Notes: generated by a model not told the origin, from the letters alone. A stretch of 64,000 nt of DNA from Cyanophora paradoxa CCMP329 (GCA_004431415.1 QPMI01000064.1:1-64000); one strand, 5' to 3'. Positions 48,201-61,218 are shown, counted from the first letter of the stretch. Made by a program: numbers and translations.

Positions 48201-51200
48201 TTGGCGGACTCAGTTTCTGCCCGCCCTGCTTCGATCCGGTTTAGTTTGGACCGCCCCCTCGCTCATCCCGCCCGCCCGCTCTCTCGCTCGCAGACCTGAA
48301 CACGGTCGCCCTCGAGAAGCTCCTCGAGTCCACGCTCCTGAACCACACGCTGAGCGACCCCGACGAGCGCGCCCGCCTCGCCGTGCACCAGCTTAAGGTC
48401 CGTGCTCTAATAGGAGAATGCAATGAGTAATAATGAGCGCTTAAGAGAAGAATGCAATGCAGCAAGAGCTCGTTGTGTGTTTGCGTTCGAGTAACGTCCG
48501 TCTGGGAGCAGGTCAGCTTCTCGGAGCACGGCAAGGTGACCGCGCAGTACATCAACTACTGCTACCTCTGGGTCTCCCAGGTTCTTTCTTCTTTCTTTCT
48601 TATCGACTCCTTTCTTCCTTTTCCTATCTGAACTCGCCCCGTGCTCTACAGCTCATCCACCTCTACAAGACCCAGGCGAACATCTCGCGCATGCGCAAGC
48701 AGCTCCTGGACGCAGGCGCACGGCTGCTGGAGCGCAGGAGGCACGAGCACGCGACGCGCGTCCTCGTCGCGGCGCTCTGGACCTCCCACTTCGTCTCCGC
48801 CCTCAAGAGCCACCTCCACCGCCGCTCCGAATCCGTCTCCCAGTCCCTCCTCCTTCCAGGAGCCTCCGCCTCCCCGTCCTCCGCGGACGCCTCTGCCGCC
48901 GCCCACTCGTCCCCTCCGGCGGCCGCCGCCGCGCCCGCCAAGCGCAAGCCGGCTCCGGGGGCGCGCACGCGGCCGCCGGCCGCCCCCACCGTCCTGGCGA
49001 ACGGCCACCACCCGGCGGCCGCCAACGGCGACGACGCGCACTCCGATTCGTCGGCAGGCGCCCCGGCCAAGGAAGAGCCGGCGGCGGCGCCCGCTGCGGA
49101 GGCGCCGGCGCCTTCGCACGTCGCGAACGGCGTCCACCCTTCGGCCCCTGCGGAGAAGGAGCCGGAGGAGAATAAAAAGAAGGCGGTGGAGGCGGAGGAG
49201 GCGGTTCGCCCGGCCGCGCCGGCCAAGCAGCCGCCGGCGGAGCCCGAGCACCCGAAGGTGCAGCCGCAGCCGCAGCAGCAGCAGCCGAGGCGGGAGAAGC
49301 CGCGCGGGGAGCGGCCCGCCCAGCCCCACGCGCACCCACACGCGCACCCCACGCGCAGCCCCACGCGCAGCCCCACCCGCAGCCTGCTGCGGCGCCGGCG
49401 TCCGCGGCGCAGTCCGGGCACCCTCAGCAGCGAGAGCACGCGCCCCGCGCGGCGGCGCCGCCGAAGCGCGCGCCGCACGCGCCGACGCCAAAGGAGGAGC
49501 CCGCTTCGTCGTCGTCGTCGGCGCCCAGCGCCGAGGCGAGCGCGAGCGGGAGCGGCAGCGCCGCGGCGGCCCCGCAGGCCGCCCGCCCTTCTCCGCCGCG
49601 GCCCCGCCGCCTCGTCTGCCCCCGCCCCTCCGCCCACGCACCCGCCACGCCGAGCCCCACCCGCCCCCGCGGGCCCTCAGCGGCGAACCAGCCGGGGCGC
49701 CGCTCCTCCCCCCGGGGGAGAAAAGCCGCACGGGCACCACGGTACCCCCGGACACCACCACGGGCCGGCGGCAGCGGCGGCGGCGGCACCGCAGGCGTCG
49801 GCGGAGGGGCGACCGGAGCAGGCCGAGGAGCGGCTGCGCGCCGAGCGCCGCGCCAAGCGCGAGGCGGTCGAGGCGCGAGAACGGCTCGAGGCGGAGCTGC
49901 AGCGCGCCAAGGTCCGCTTCTTCTTCCCTGGCTCGCTCGCCTGCTTGCCCCGCCCGATCTGAAGTCGACCGGCCGCGCAGGAGGAGGCCGCGCGGGAGCG
50001 CGCGGCGCGCCAGGAGGCCGAGGCGCGGGCCGCTGACCTCGCGCGGCGGCTGCAGGGCGCCGCGGCGCCTGCGGAGGCGGCGCTGAAGGCGGCGGAGCAG
50101 CAGCGCGGGGCGGGTCTGCCGCGCCTGGACGCGGCGCGGGCCCGGGAGGTGCCGGACGGCGAGCTACAGTCCCTCGTCGAGGCGCTGGCGGCGAGCCTGC
50201 AGGCCGCCCACCTCGAGCTGGGCCGCCGCCGGCAGCTCCGCGAGGCCGAGGCGGCGCCCGCCGCGCCGCCGGCCGCCCCCGCCGAGCCGGCGTTCGTCTT
50301 CGGTGACGTCACCGAGAGCGAGCTGGCGGCCGCGCGCGCCGCCGACGGCGAGATCTCCGTCCCCGCCCTAGTCCTGCCGGCCCCCGCTCCGGCCCCGGCG
50401 CCCGCACCGGCGGCGGCGGCGGCTCCTGCGCCCGCGCCGGCCCCGTCTCCCGCCCAGGCGCCCGCCCGACCCCGCTCTCGCCGGTCCGCGCGCCGGCGCC
50501 CGCCCCGGCGACTCCGCTCTCGCCGGCCAAGGCCCCGCGCGCCCCCGCCTCGGCCCCGGCGCCGCCCCTCTCTCCGGCCCAGGCGCCGCGGGCGCCGGCG
50601 GCCCCGCTCTCGCCGGCCCGCGGCCCTGCCGCGCCGGCGGCGCACGACGAGGCGGCGTCGGCTGAGCACGCGGAGGCGCCCAGGCAAGCGCACGCGCACC
50701 GGCAAGGCCACGCCCACGCCCACGCCCACGGCCACGGCCAAGGCCACCACGCCAAGGCCGACGCGGCGCACCCCCAGCCGCAGCCGCAGCAGCAGCAGCA
50801 GCCGCAGGAGCCGCAGCCGCCGGCGCGGGCCTCGTGGGCCGAAGTGGCCCGGGCCCGCGAGCGCGAGCAGCAGAGCGCCATGGCGGCGGCCGCGGCGGCG
50901 GCGGGCGGCCTGGGGCCCATGGGCCCGCTCCCGCCCCCGCCCATGCAGCCCTACGTCGAGCACGGGACCGTCTTCTACCCCCCTCCGCCCAACTTCGTCC
51001 CCGCCGGGCCCCCCATGCCCGAAGGATTCGGGTACCCCCAGTCGCCCCCGTACGCCGTCGGCCACCCGTACGGCTTCCACCCGCACCAGGCGTACCCCTA
51101 CCCGCCCCAGGGGTACCCCCAGCAGCACCCCTACGGCCCGACCTCGCCGCAGGGCCGGCCGCGCGCTGAGCACCCGCAGCAGCGAAGGCCGCAGCCGCAG

Positions 51201-52335
51201 CAGCAGCCGCAGCAGCAGCAGCAGCAGGCGGGACAGCCGGCCCAGGGGCAGCGCAGCTCGCCGCGGGATGGCGCGGGCAAGCAGAAGACGCCGCAGTCCT
51301 CGCCGCAGCCGCAGGCTCAGCCGCAGGCTCAGGCGCAGCCGCAGCCGCAGGCCGGCCAGCGGCGCGGGACGCCCACTGGGGCCGAGTCGCCGCCGCCGCG
51401 GCCGGCGTCGGCGTCGGGGGCGTCCCCCGCCCCGCCCGAAGAGGATCCCCTCCGCCCCATGCGCATCGCCCGGCGGATCATCGACGAGTTCGAGGCGAGT
51501 GTACCCCCCCCCCGCCTGGTCCAGCCCGAAGAAGCGCTCTCTCTGACCGGCGTCAATCAAATGCAGGCGATCGCGCGGCCGAACACGGAGGAGAACCGCG
51601 AGACGTGCGCGGTCCTCGCGGGGCGCCTCGCGGAGGACGGCGCGATGGTCATCTCGGCCCTCATCGTACCCAAGCAGCAGGTCCCCCCCCCCCCCCCCCC
51701 CCCCCGCGCGAATACCGTGCCGTCCGTTTCTCACTCCTTTCTCTCTCGGGCAGGGTACGCCGGAGACGTGCCAGACGGACGAGGAGGAGATGGTGACGCT
51801 CGAGATCTGCAACGAGCACTCGCTGATCGTCATGGGCTGCATACACGTCCGCCCTCCTCTTCTCGCGGCCTGGAACCCTGTCTTCGGGCTCGCTCTCTCG
51901 CTGACGTCTGTACCCCCACGCAGACGCACCCGTCGCAGGAGTGCTTCCTCTCGTCGATCGACCAGCACAACCTGCTGGGGTACCAGCTCCAGCTCCCCGA
52001 GGCCATCTCCATCGTCATCGCCCCCCGGCACCCCCAGGACCGGTCCGGCCGCTCCCGTACCCCCCTCGGGCTTGCGCGGTACCCCCCTGACGCGCGTCCG
52101 CCGCAGACTCGGCCTCTTCTCGCTCACGCGGAAGGGCATCGAATTCATCAAGAACTGCCGCGAGAAGGTTCGGTACCCCCCTCGGCGTCTGTACCCCCCT
52201 TAAGCTGTTTTCTCGCAGGGATTCCACGAGCACACGAAGCGCACGGAGGACCTGTACGTCCGCTCCCGGCACTGCGCCCTCGTGGAGGGCGACGTACCCC
52301 CGGAGCAGTGCCTCATCTTCGACCGGCGCGCCTGA
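45277..52335 (+). CDS. Large multidomain protein with C-terminal AMSH/STAMBP-like JAMM (MPN+) deubiquitinase
   Basis: C-terminal exons read NTEENRETCAVLAG...LIVPKQQ|GTPETCQT...MGCIH|THPSQECFLSSIDQHNLLGYQLQLPEAISIVIAP...GFHEH, with the JAMM E, HxH, S and D present. Upstream exons appear contiguous but include apparent frameshifts near 49380 and 50470-50580, so this could be two genes. Confidence 0.7.
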
Positions 52336-53101
52336 GCGCGCGCCGGCGCCAGGCTCAGTACCCCTCGAGCCGCCCCACAGTAACAACTCGAATCCCCCCG
52401 CCCCTCCCCCTGCCTTCGGAGTTCTCCCCCCTCCCTCCCTCCTCCCTCCCCCCCCTTTTTCAGTCAAGATCCTCGCCGGTAGGCGCGGTCCTCCGTAGAC
52501 GGTAGTACTAGGTCAGGGCTGTTTCGTTTCAGCTTATTCAAGAGATTTCAGCTTGCCTCCGCAGGCTGTAGTCTGTAGCTCGTGCACATGGTCGACGAAA
52601 GCCGCGCCCGCGCGCACATTGAGCAGCGGCCCACTCGGCTGACTCGAGATCAGCGAGTTGGCACTGCTTGGCAGGCGACGGCACGCGCGCTCCGGCGGGC
52701 CGTCCCGGCGGGGGCCGGGGCCCGGGGCCCGGGGGCGCCGGCGCCGGCGGCCCCCGGGCCGCGGCCCGCCTGCCCGGCGGCTCCCGGGCTCGGCCGCGGC
52801 CCGGCCGCGATCGCGACGGGGAGGCCTAGGCGCGCGGCGGCGGGGGCCCATACAGCCTGTGAAGCTGCTGCCTGATCATGCCATGATGCCATGATGATGC
52901 ATGCGCAGCGCTAGCGCAGGCGGTGGCCGCGGCACGGCGCGGGCCGGGCCCGGGCCCCGCCGCCCGGGGGCCGGGGCCCGGCGTCCGACGGTCCCGGGTC
53001 CGGCGGGGCCTGCGCATGGGCTGCTGCCAGCCTGCTGGGGCCTGGGGGCAGCCTCTACTGGGGGTATATTATCTAAACCAGTCCGCAAGCTACTACTAGT
53101 T

Positions 53102-53230
53102 CCCGGGTTCGGTTCCTGCTGTTTCCGCTACGTTGTACTTCGAATCCCTGTGATTCCCGATACCGTGACTTGTATCCTCGTTGTGTACTACGAGTGGGCA
53201 CGCCCACCGTAGATCTTTAAAAAAAAAAAT
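53102..53230 (+). mobile_element. 5'-truncated SINE-like retroposed insertion with poly(A) tail
   Basis: A 15-bp TSD AAGCTACTACTAGTT lies at 53087-53101 and 53231-53245. There is an A11 tract at 53219-53229, a GTGGG-CACG-CCCAC hairpin near the 3' end, and a 5' end CCCGGGTTCGGTTCC resembling a tRNA T-arm/B box. Confidence 0.8.
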
Positions 53231-54384
53231 AAGCTACTACTAGTTGTAATTATAATTATAAGGCTGGCGCCGCGCGCCGCCGGCCCCGCCGGGCCGCCGG
53301 CAATATTAATGGCCCGGCACATGCATGCGCATGCGCAGCTGTAAAATGGCTCTGATTTGCCCTTCACCTTGCAATTGCAATTGGCGACGAATTTGCCAAG
53401 TTGGCGTCGACTTCAACGACGACTTGCCGTCGAGTTCGCGTCGACTCGAGGATGAATGATGAAAGGCTTATAGGCTGTTATAGCTTAAGCGCTTTAATTC
53501 AAGTTTTTTTCATGATAAACGATGATAAATTAACGTAACTTAAGCTCGCCGCGCGATCGCGGAGTACGCACTACGTAGCTATAGAGCAACGTAGTAATTC
53601 GTAACTTGCAAATTGAGCTCGCGATCGTGGAGCCTGCATATGCATAATGCATGCATATGCACCGGTACCGGGTACTACCGGCCCGGCGGCCCGCCGGCCC
53701 GGCGCCGGGCCCGGCGGCGGGCCGGCGGCGGCGCCGCTCACGGAGGTGTTCATGTACATGTACAGTACCCCCCCGCGTGCGCAACGAGCACGCTTACTGG
53801 CAGCCGCTCAGCCGGTGCGCATGCGCGCCGCGCTTCTAGCTATACATCTGTCACACGGGGACCGAATTCGAACTTCGGAAGCTGTTGCAGACCCCCGCGG
53901 CCGGGCACGCGAGCGCCGAAGCGCCAAGCACTCCCGGAGTCCGTAGGAGAGTCCCTGTGCGCGGGACTTCCAGCTGGAATCGCCTCGCGGCAAAAGCGCC
54001 GGGCGCCCAGAAGTTGCTAGCACAGCGGCGAGCTGTAATTGTTCAATTCGCCCTGCGCGGCGCCCGCCTTCCGCCGCCCGCCGCTACATTCGGTATGTGG
54101 ATGCTTCGCGCCGACGGCGCGGCTGGCCGCTGATGGGTCAGCGCTGTTATCTCGCAGAGTAGCGCGGTCTTCCGAGCGCGGTGGTCGCGGTACCGCGGCG
54201 CTCGGCAGATCACGGGCAGCCAGCGAAAGTGCGCTTCCGCGCATATCTGCCAACACTTGCTCATAGGATTCCCGCACATTGATGATTCCGCGAGCTGAAG
54301 CTGTGGCGCAGGCCGCTTTGCGGCGCCCTCGGACAACTTCGGCGCCGATAGGTGAGATCGTTTGGAGGCAGCGAGGGCGGACGG

Positions 54385-57300
54385 ATGCAACAGCTACCAT
54401 CGCCGGTCGCCTCATATCTGCTGTCCGGAGGCACCTCGTCGGCCGGCTCACCGCCCCCGAATCCGACGGACGGCGCGACGCCGGGGGCCCTGAAGGCCGC
54501 CGGCATCACAACCGCGTCCTCCGTCATATCGCCCTCGCCCGTGGTCGTGCAGCTCAGCGGCGCCGAAGAGTTCTCCGTCCGGCGGGACTCTTTCGTGCCG
54601 CTCTCAGCCAACCGCGTCCACCCCGGGCCCGCGCTGGGCGAAGCAGCTCTGTCGGAGGAGCGTCCGGCGCAGCGGGCCGGCTTGTTTCGGCGCGTTCTGA
54701 ACATGCGGTCCGGCCCAATGGGGGTCCGCGGAGCCGGCGCCGGCCGGCGGAGGCGGTCCCGGGCGGCTTCGGTGGCGGGCGCGGCCGGCGGCCCCTCGGA
54801 CTCGATCTCGATCTTCAGCTTCGGCGCCGGGCGGTTCAAAGACGAGCGGACGGAGTCGTCCTTTAAGGATCAGTGGTCCCGAAAGCACTTCGAGCGGGCG
54901 CGGTGCGCACAGCGCGCCGGCGCGAGCGCAAGCGCAGAGAGAAGCTGACTGCGCGTGCGCTGCTCGCCTCGCCCCCGCAGGAGCGCCGGCGCCGTCGTCT
55001 TCCTGAGCCTCGCCGCCTCTAGTGAGCGTGTACCCCTCCCGCCCGCGCTCGCCCGTAACCGGCGGACCCAGCGGCCGTCCTGGCGGCGGCGTTGGCCCGC
55101 GGCAAGGTCGACATCGCGGGCTCGGCTCCCGGCGCAGGGATTCTGGAAGCGCTGTACCCCCGCCTGCCCCAGGTCGCTTCTTCCCACCCGCCTGCCGCCC
55201 CCTTCCTCCCCCGTCCTCGCCTGAGCGGCTCGCGCGCGCGCGCCCCCGCCTCAGATCGCGGCGTCCGCCGGCGCCGCCTTCCTCCTCACCGGCCTCCTCG
55301 CCCTGGCCCTGTACGGGCCCGAGCGCGGCCTCCTCAGGCGCCACTGGCAGGTGCGGCGCACCCTCGCGCTAGCGGCCTCTAGACACAGGCGGGGGGGCGG
55401 GCGGGCGGGCGCGCGGCCCTCCGACCCGGCCCATCGCGCCCCTCTAGCCAGCGAGCTCCGCGGCGGCGCCCGCTGACGCCCTCGCCTTCGCCCGCGCATC
55501 ACAGGGCGCCGCCGCGGCCGTCCTCGCCTCCCTCTACGCCTGCTCCTTCGTCGCCGCCGCGGTACCCCCCCCCCCCCCCCGAACTCCGCCGTACCCCCTC
55601 CCTCGCACCGTCCAGGACTCAGGCGGCCGGCCGCAGGCGGTCGGCATGCCCTCCTTCCACTTCGTGGCCGTCTCGGGCGGCTCCCTCCTCTCCTCCTCGG
55701 TCCTCGGCCTCCGTGCCTCCCAGGCACGCGCCCTCTGCACCCCCCCTCCCCCTCCCCTCCCCCCCTTCCCCTCCCTCCCCTCCCTTCCTAAGCCTAGCCG
55801 TCAGGTTCAGCTCCTGTGCCTCGTGGGACTTGCCCTCGGCGTGGGCCTGGCCGCCTTCTACGTGCGCTCGCTCTCTGCCCGCCTGACACATCGTTCGCTC
55901 TCGCCCGCTGCTCACCTGACGCCGCGACGACGACGCCCCTCCCCCAGGGCGACGTGTCCCGCGCCTGGGAGATCGGTGCGCTCCGCTGACTTTTTCCTAG
56001 AGGCGCATCGCCCGCTCGCTCGCCCGCCCGCCGGCCCACGGGCCCCGACCCGCTGACTTTCTCACCGACTAGAAGCATTGCCTAGACCCGACCCGCTGAC
56101 TGCCTAGAACCTAGAACCCCGCTGACTGCCTAGAACCTAGAAGAAGCACCGACCCGCTGACTTTCTCACCGACTCGCTCCGCTCGTGCCCGCGGCAGGCG
56201 TGGCGATGCCGGGGTGCCTCGCCACCTGCTACTTCGCCTCCCTCGTCGCTGGCCGCGAGGAGGCCTCCGCCCGCCAGGCGAGCCAGCGAGAGCGCGAGCG
56301 AGCGAGGCAGCGACGGCCATAACTTGATTGCATTGCGCGGCCGCCCATAGCTTGCTTGATTCGAGGGGCGTGGGCTCGGCCCTGTAGCACAGCTTCGGGG
56401 GCGGGTGCACGCCCATAGCTTGATTATTCCGAGGGGCGCCGGTTCCGCCCTCCCTTAAGCTTGACCCCGCTTCCTCTTCCGTCCCCGCAGGCCCTCGTGC
56501 AGTCGCGCCAGGCCGCCGAGGAGGTCCAGCACGTGCGTACCCCCCTCTTTCGTGCCGCACCGTACCCCCCTCCTTCTGAACCCCCGGGGACAGTTCCGGG
56601 AGGAGTACGGGCCTCTCCTGGCAGAGATCGCCGTGCATTCCTTTCCCGTACCCCTTTCGCTTCCTGTACCCTCCTGACATTCTCCTTCCGTCCCCCTTCC
56701 GGCAGTCCTTCCGGCAACTTTCCGTGGAGATGGGACTCAGTACCCCCCTGAACTCGGCGATCGTCCTCCTGGGCGATCTCTTCCAGGTCCGCCCCCGCCC
56801 CCCCCTCCCCCCCTCTCTTTCCCGGTTCGGGGTACGGGGACGGTCGTTGAGGAAGCCGCCGCGCGCTGTGCTGATGCGGGGGCTCCTGCGCCATTTCCTC
56901 GAACGCCTCGCTAACCCCGTACCCCTCCAGACGCTCCTCGACAGCGCGAGCATGGCCGAGGCGCACACGGCAGCCTCAGCGATCCGGTACCCCCCCCCCC
57001 ATCCACCCTGGTTCGCTTCGCGTCGCGCCCTCTGACGCACCCTGCACCCAGGCACCTCATTAGCCTGTCCAAGAAGCGGCCGGACAAGGTCCTTCCCCCT
57101 TCTCCCCCCCTCCCCCCCTCCCCCGCGCCACTCGTCTCACGTACCCCTCCGCAGCCCGCGACGCAGCTGGAGGAGATGAACGTGGAACCCGAGGACAATG
57201 AGCTCCTCAAGGGGTTCCAGCACTGGTTCCAGAACCAGGCGCGCCCGTACCCGTACCCCTCCCCCTCGCTCTTTCCTCGTCGCCGCCTGACCGACCATTT

Positions 57301-60300
57301 TCCTCCCTGCTATCTTTAGATCGGTGACGCAGAGACGCGGTCGGGGGCCGTGTCGATAAAGAATCGGCAGCGGAGGGGAAACGACCTGGACCAGACGGAG
57401 GAGGGCGGAGAGGGGGGGCCCGCGCACCCGCACCCGCACCCGCTCCCGCACCCGGAGGCGCCGGAGCTGCCGGACTCGTCGAGCAGCCGGGTCCTCGTCA
57501 GCGCGTCTTTCAAGGAGCACTTCGGGGGCGGCCCGCACCCCTCGCTCGGGTGAGGAGGGCCCATATAGACTCGCGCTCGCACCTTTCTCTTCCCGCACCC
57601 CTCTGATCGATCGCCTACCCCGGCCCCCGCAGCGACGCGCCCAGCGGGGCGCTCACTGAGGCCGTCCTGGCTGCCCTCTCCACCGAGTGGGACGAGTTCG
57701 ACGCGATCCAGGTACCCTCCCCTTCCCCCCCCGCCTCCTTTCCCTCCCGCCCTTCGAGGTGGCCCGTCGGCGAGCGCACCGCCGCCGCCCTCCGCTACGT
57801 CGGCGACGCTACCGCCCCCCCGCCCCCCGCCCCCCCCCCCCCCCCCCCCCCCCCGCCCCCCCGCCCGCCCCTGAGCCCCGCCGCAGCTGGAGCACGTTAG
57901 CGGGGGGCGGCCCCTCCAGATCCTCTCGTGCGTACCCCCCTCTCCACCCCCCCACCTCTTCTCACCCCGCGGCAGGACGGAGATCCTGCGGCGCTCCGGC
58001 GTCTTCTCGGCGCTGGGGGTGGACCCCGCCGTCTTCCGCGCCTTCGCCGCCGCCATCGAGCAGGGCTACAACCCCGTGGTGCGTGCGCTAAAATTAGATC
58101 AGCCGGCGCGGCCGTGGCGGGGCGCGGGGAGGGATAGATGGATCGCTGGATTGGATTCGGGCGGCGCCGGCCCCCCGCCCTCGCCCTCTCCCTCCCGCCC
58201 ATCCGATCCGATCCGATCTGATCTGATCTGATCCGATCTGATCTGATCTGATCTGAGCAGCCGTACCACACCTCGACGCACGCCGCCGATGTGGTCCAGG
58301 TCCGCCCGCAGAGCAGAAAAGAGGATAGCGGAGCGCCGCCGGCGCCGCCTGACCTGCCCGCCCCGCCCCCGCCCCCGCCTCGCCCCCGCAGGCGATGCAC
58401 TTTCTGGTGGCGAGCGGGGGCCTGCGCCCGCACCTCCGCACAGTCGACGTCCTCGCCGCCATCGTGCGTACCCCCCGCCCGCCCCGCCCGCCCCCCGCTT
58501 CTTGAACGGAAGGACGCCGCTTCTTGAACGGAAGCACGCCTTTTAGCCTCCTCGAAAGAAAGCACGCCTAGCGCCTCCTCCGCCTTTCTACCTACCGCGC
58601 CCCGCTCCGGCCGCCCTAGCCGCCCCGGCCGCCTCGCAGCCTCTCCTCCCCTCTCTCTCCTCGCCAGCCACCTCGGGCTGCCCATGGACGGGCCCCCCGC
58701 CCGCCCGCCCTCCTCCCCCTCCTCCTCCCCGCCCGCCCGTCTCTGACGCCCCGCCCCGTCCCGCCCCGCCCCGCCCCGCCCCGCGCAGACGGCGGCCGTC
58801 GTACACGACGTGTCCCACTCGGGCCGCAACAAGTGCCCATCCCCCCCTCCCCCCCGCCCCCCGCCTCTGGCTCACGCTCGTACCCCCCGCAGCGGGTTCG
58901 AGATCGCGACGCAGTCGGAGGTCGCCCTCCTCTACAACGACCAGTCGTGCGCCCCGCCCCGTCCCGCCACGCCCCGCGCTTCTCTCCCAAGGCGCCTCCG
59001 CATTTCAACTTGAAGCTTCCTAAAGTTCCATCTTAAAGAATGAATACATGCCAAAGCTCTCTTTGGGCGCTCCTGAGAGCGCCCCCGCGCACTCGCTCGC
59101 AGGGTGCTGGAGAACGCGTCGCTGACGCGGACGTTCGGGCTGCTGCGGGGGCCCCAAACCGACTTCCTCGCCCACTTCTCCAAGGAGCAGGTGCAGCGGC
59201 CCCGGCCCCGCGCCCGCCCTCCCCGCCCTTAGGAGCAGGTTGCTTCGCTATAGCTGTAGCTGTAGCCGCTTCTCCTCCAAGGGGCATGCGCAGGCCCCCG
59301 CCGCGCCCCCGCCCGCGCCCCCGCCCCCCGCCCTCGCCGCCCTCCCACTCGCCCCGACTTTCGCTCCGACTCACTCACTCGCTCTTCGTTGCCGCTCCGA
59401 CCAGCGGGTGGACTTCCGGCGGACGGTGGTGGCGGCGGTGCTGGCGACGGACATGGCGCGCCACTTCGAGAAGCTCGCCGAGTTCAAGGTGCGAGCCGCG
59501 CCGGTGGGGCGAGAGTTGGCTAGGCGACGAGGCGCGGGTACCTACCGGTGCCCGCGGAAGGCGGCAGTGGCGGTCACTGGGGGACGCCGCCCTCCCCGCG
59601 CCTCGCGCCTCACGTCCCCCTTGCCCCCGCCCTCCCCCCCCAGACGCGGGTGATCGCGACCTGGGCCTGGGCTAGTTTAGCAGGCCAGCTAGTTTACCTG
59701 GGCTAGTTTTATCTCGGCCGACTGCCCTCCCCGCGCCTCGCGCCTCACGCCCCCCCCTCCCCCCCCCCCCCCCCCCCTCCACAGACGCGGGTGATCGCGA
59801 CGACGATGGAAGCGGCGCGGGCGGCGGGGCGCGAGGACAGCGGCCGCGCCGCATCCACCCGCTCCAACCTGTGCGCCCGCCCTTCCCGGGGGCCCCTCCC
59901 TCCCCCTTCGACGCCACGCCACGCCTTGCCTCGGAGCTGACTGGGCCGGGCCCGGCAGGCCGGCGGTCCCGCTGCTGGCGGCGGCGGACCCGCAGCCGTT
60001 CTCCGAGGCCGACCGCAACCTCTACCTCGCCATGTGCCTCAAGGCCCGCCCTTCGTTCTCTCCCGGTTCTTTGTTTGCTCGTTTTGTTCGCCCCTGACCC
60101 CCGGCCTCAGGTCGCCGACATCAGCAACGCGGCGCGGCCCCGCTACCAGCACGGTCCGCCCCGCTCTGTCGCTCGCGTCTCCCCGCCCCGCTCCCCCGCT
60201 CCCAAGCCCACGCCGACGCCGGCGCGCGCAGTGGAGTGGACGAACCGCGTCAACGAAGAGTTCCACCAGCAGGGCGGTGCGGTACCCGGGGGGGGGGTAA

Positions 60301-61218
60301 GGGGTACACGGTGCAGGCCCCGGCCGACCGGCCGGCCGGGCCGAAGGGCGCTGCCGGCCGCCCCCCGTGTGTCTAGCGCCCTGGGCAGTAGGGAGGGTAC
60401 CTTCGTGTCCCGGCCGGCGCTGACACCTTCCGGGGGGTACCGCAGACGAGGAGAAGCGCCTCGGGCTGCCCGTGTCGGCCTACTGCGACCGCAACACCGC
60501 CATCGTCTCCCAGACCACTGTTCGAATCCCGCCGTGGCCCTTTTTCGTTCCCCCTTGCCCCTGACCCTCCTCCCGCCAGGCCGGCTTCCTCTCCTTCCTC
60601 GCCCTACCCCTCTTCAACGCGTGGGCGTCACGCTTCCCCGCCTCCCGCTTTCTCGTCGAGGTGCCGTACCCCCCTTCGTCTTCTCCCCCCCTCTTTTTTC
60701 CTCTCATCTCGTTTCTTTTCCAGTACGCGGAGAAGAACCTGTGGCACTGGAAGGGAGGGCCGCCGAAGCCGGCGCCGGCGGCGGCGGCGGTCAGCGCGGG
60801 GGGTAGCGTGCACGGACCCTCCAGGTGCCCCACCCCTTCCCTTTCGTAGCATATGAAGTCCCTTCCCCCCCCCCCCCCCTCCCGCCTGAAGCGTCCCGGC
60901 GCCCCCCCCCCAGCGGCCCGGGCCTTGTCAGCACCATCGGGGGGTCCCCGGCGCTCCGCCCGGTCAGCACACACTCGGCCCAGCGCAAGCTGCCCGCCAT
61001 CTACCTCGAGCACGGCGCCCGCCGCGGCAGCGCCGTCTCCGTGCGTACCCCGTCTCCCTCTGATCTGATCTCTTCTGATCTGATCTGATCTGATTTGTTC
61101 TGATCTGATCTGATCTGATCTGATTTGAGCAGGCCCTGGACGATTCTGTCGAGCGATACCGGGGGGGCATGGGCTCCCTCCCCGGCGCTACCCGCCGCAC
61201 ATCCCAGGCCACGGTAAT

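Noticed and set aside
49370-50580. Frame changes in low-complexity exons as programmed frameshifting or pseudogenisation
   Set aside because: They fall in or near C/G runs, as do similar shifts in other genes of the window. Assembly indel error is the simpler explanation until reads are checked.
29900-51600. Very long six-frame ORFs (e.g. 30073-32127 -, 49677-52151 -)
   Set aside because: They are antisense or off-frame shadows of real GC-rich exons, are Arg/Gly/Pro/Ala-rich and carry no domain signal.
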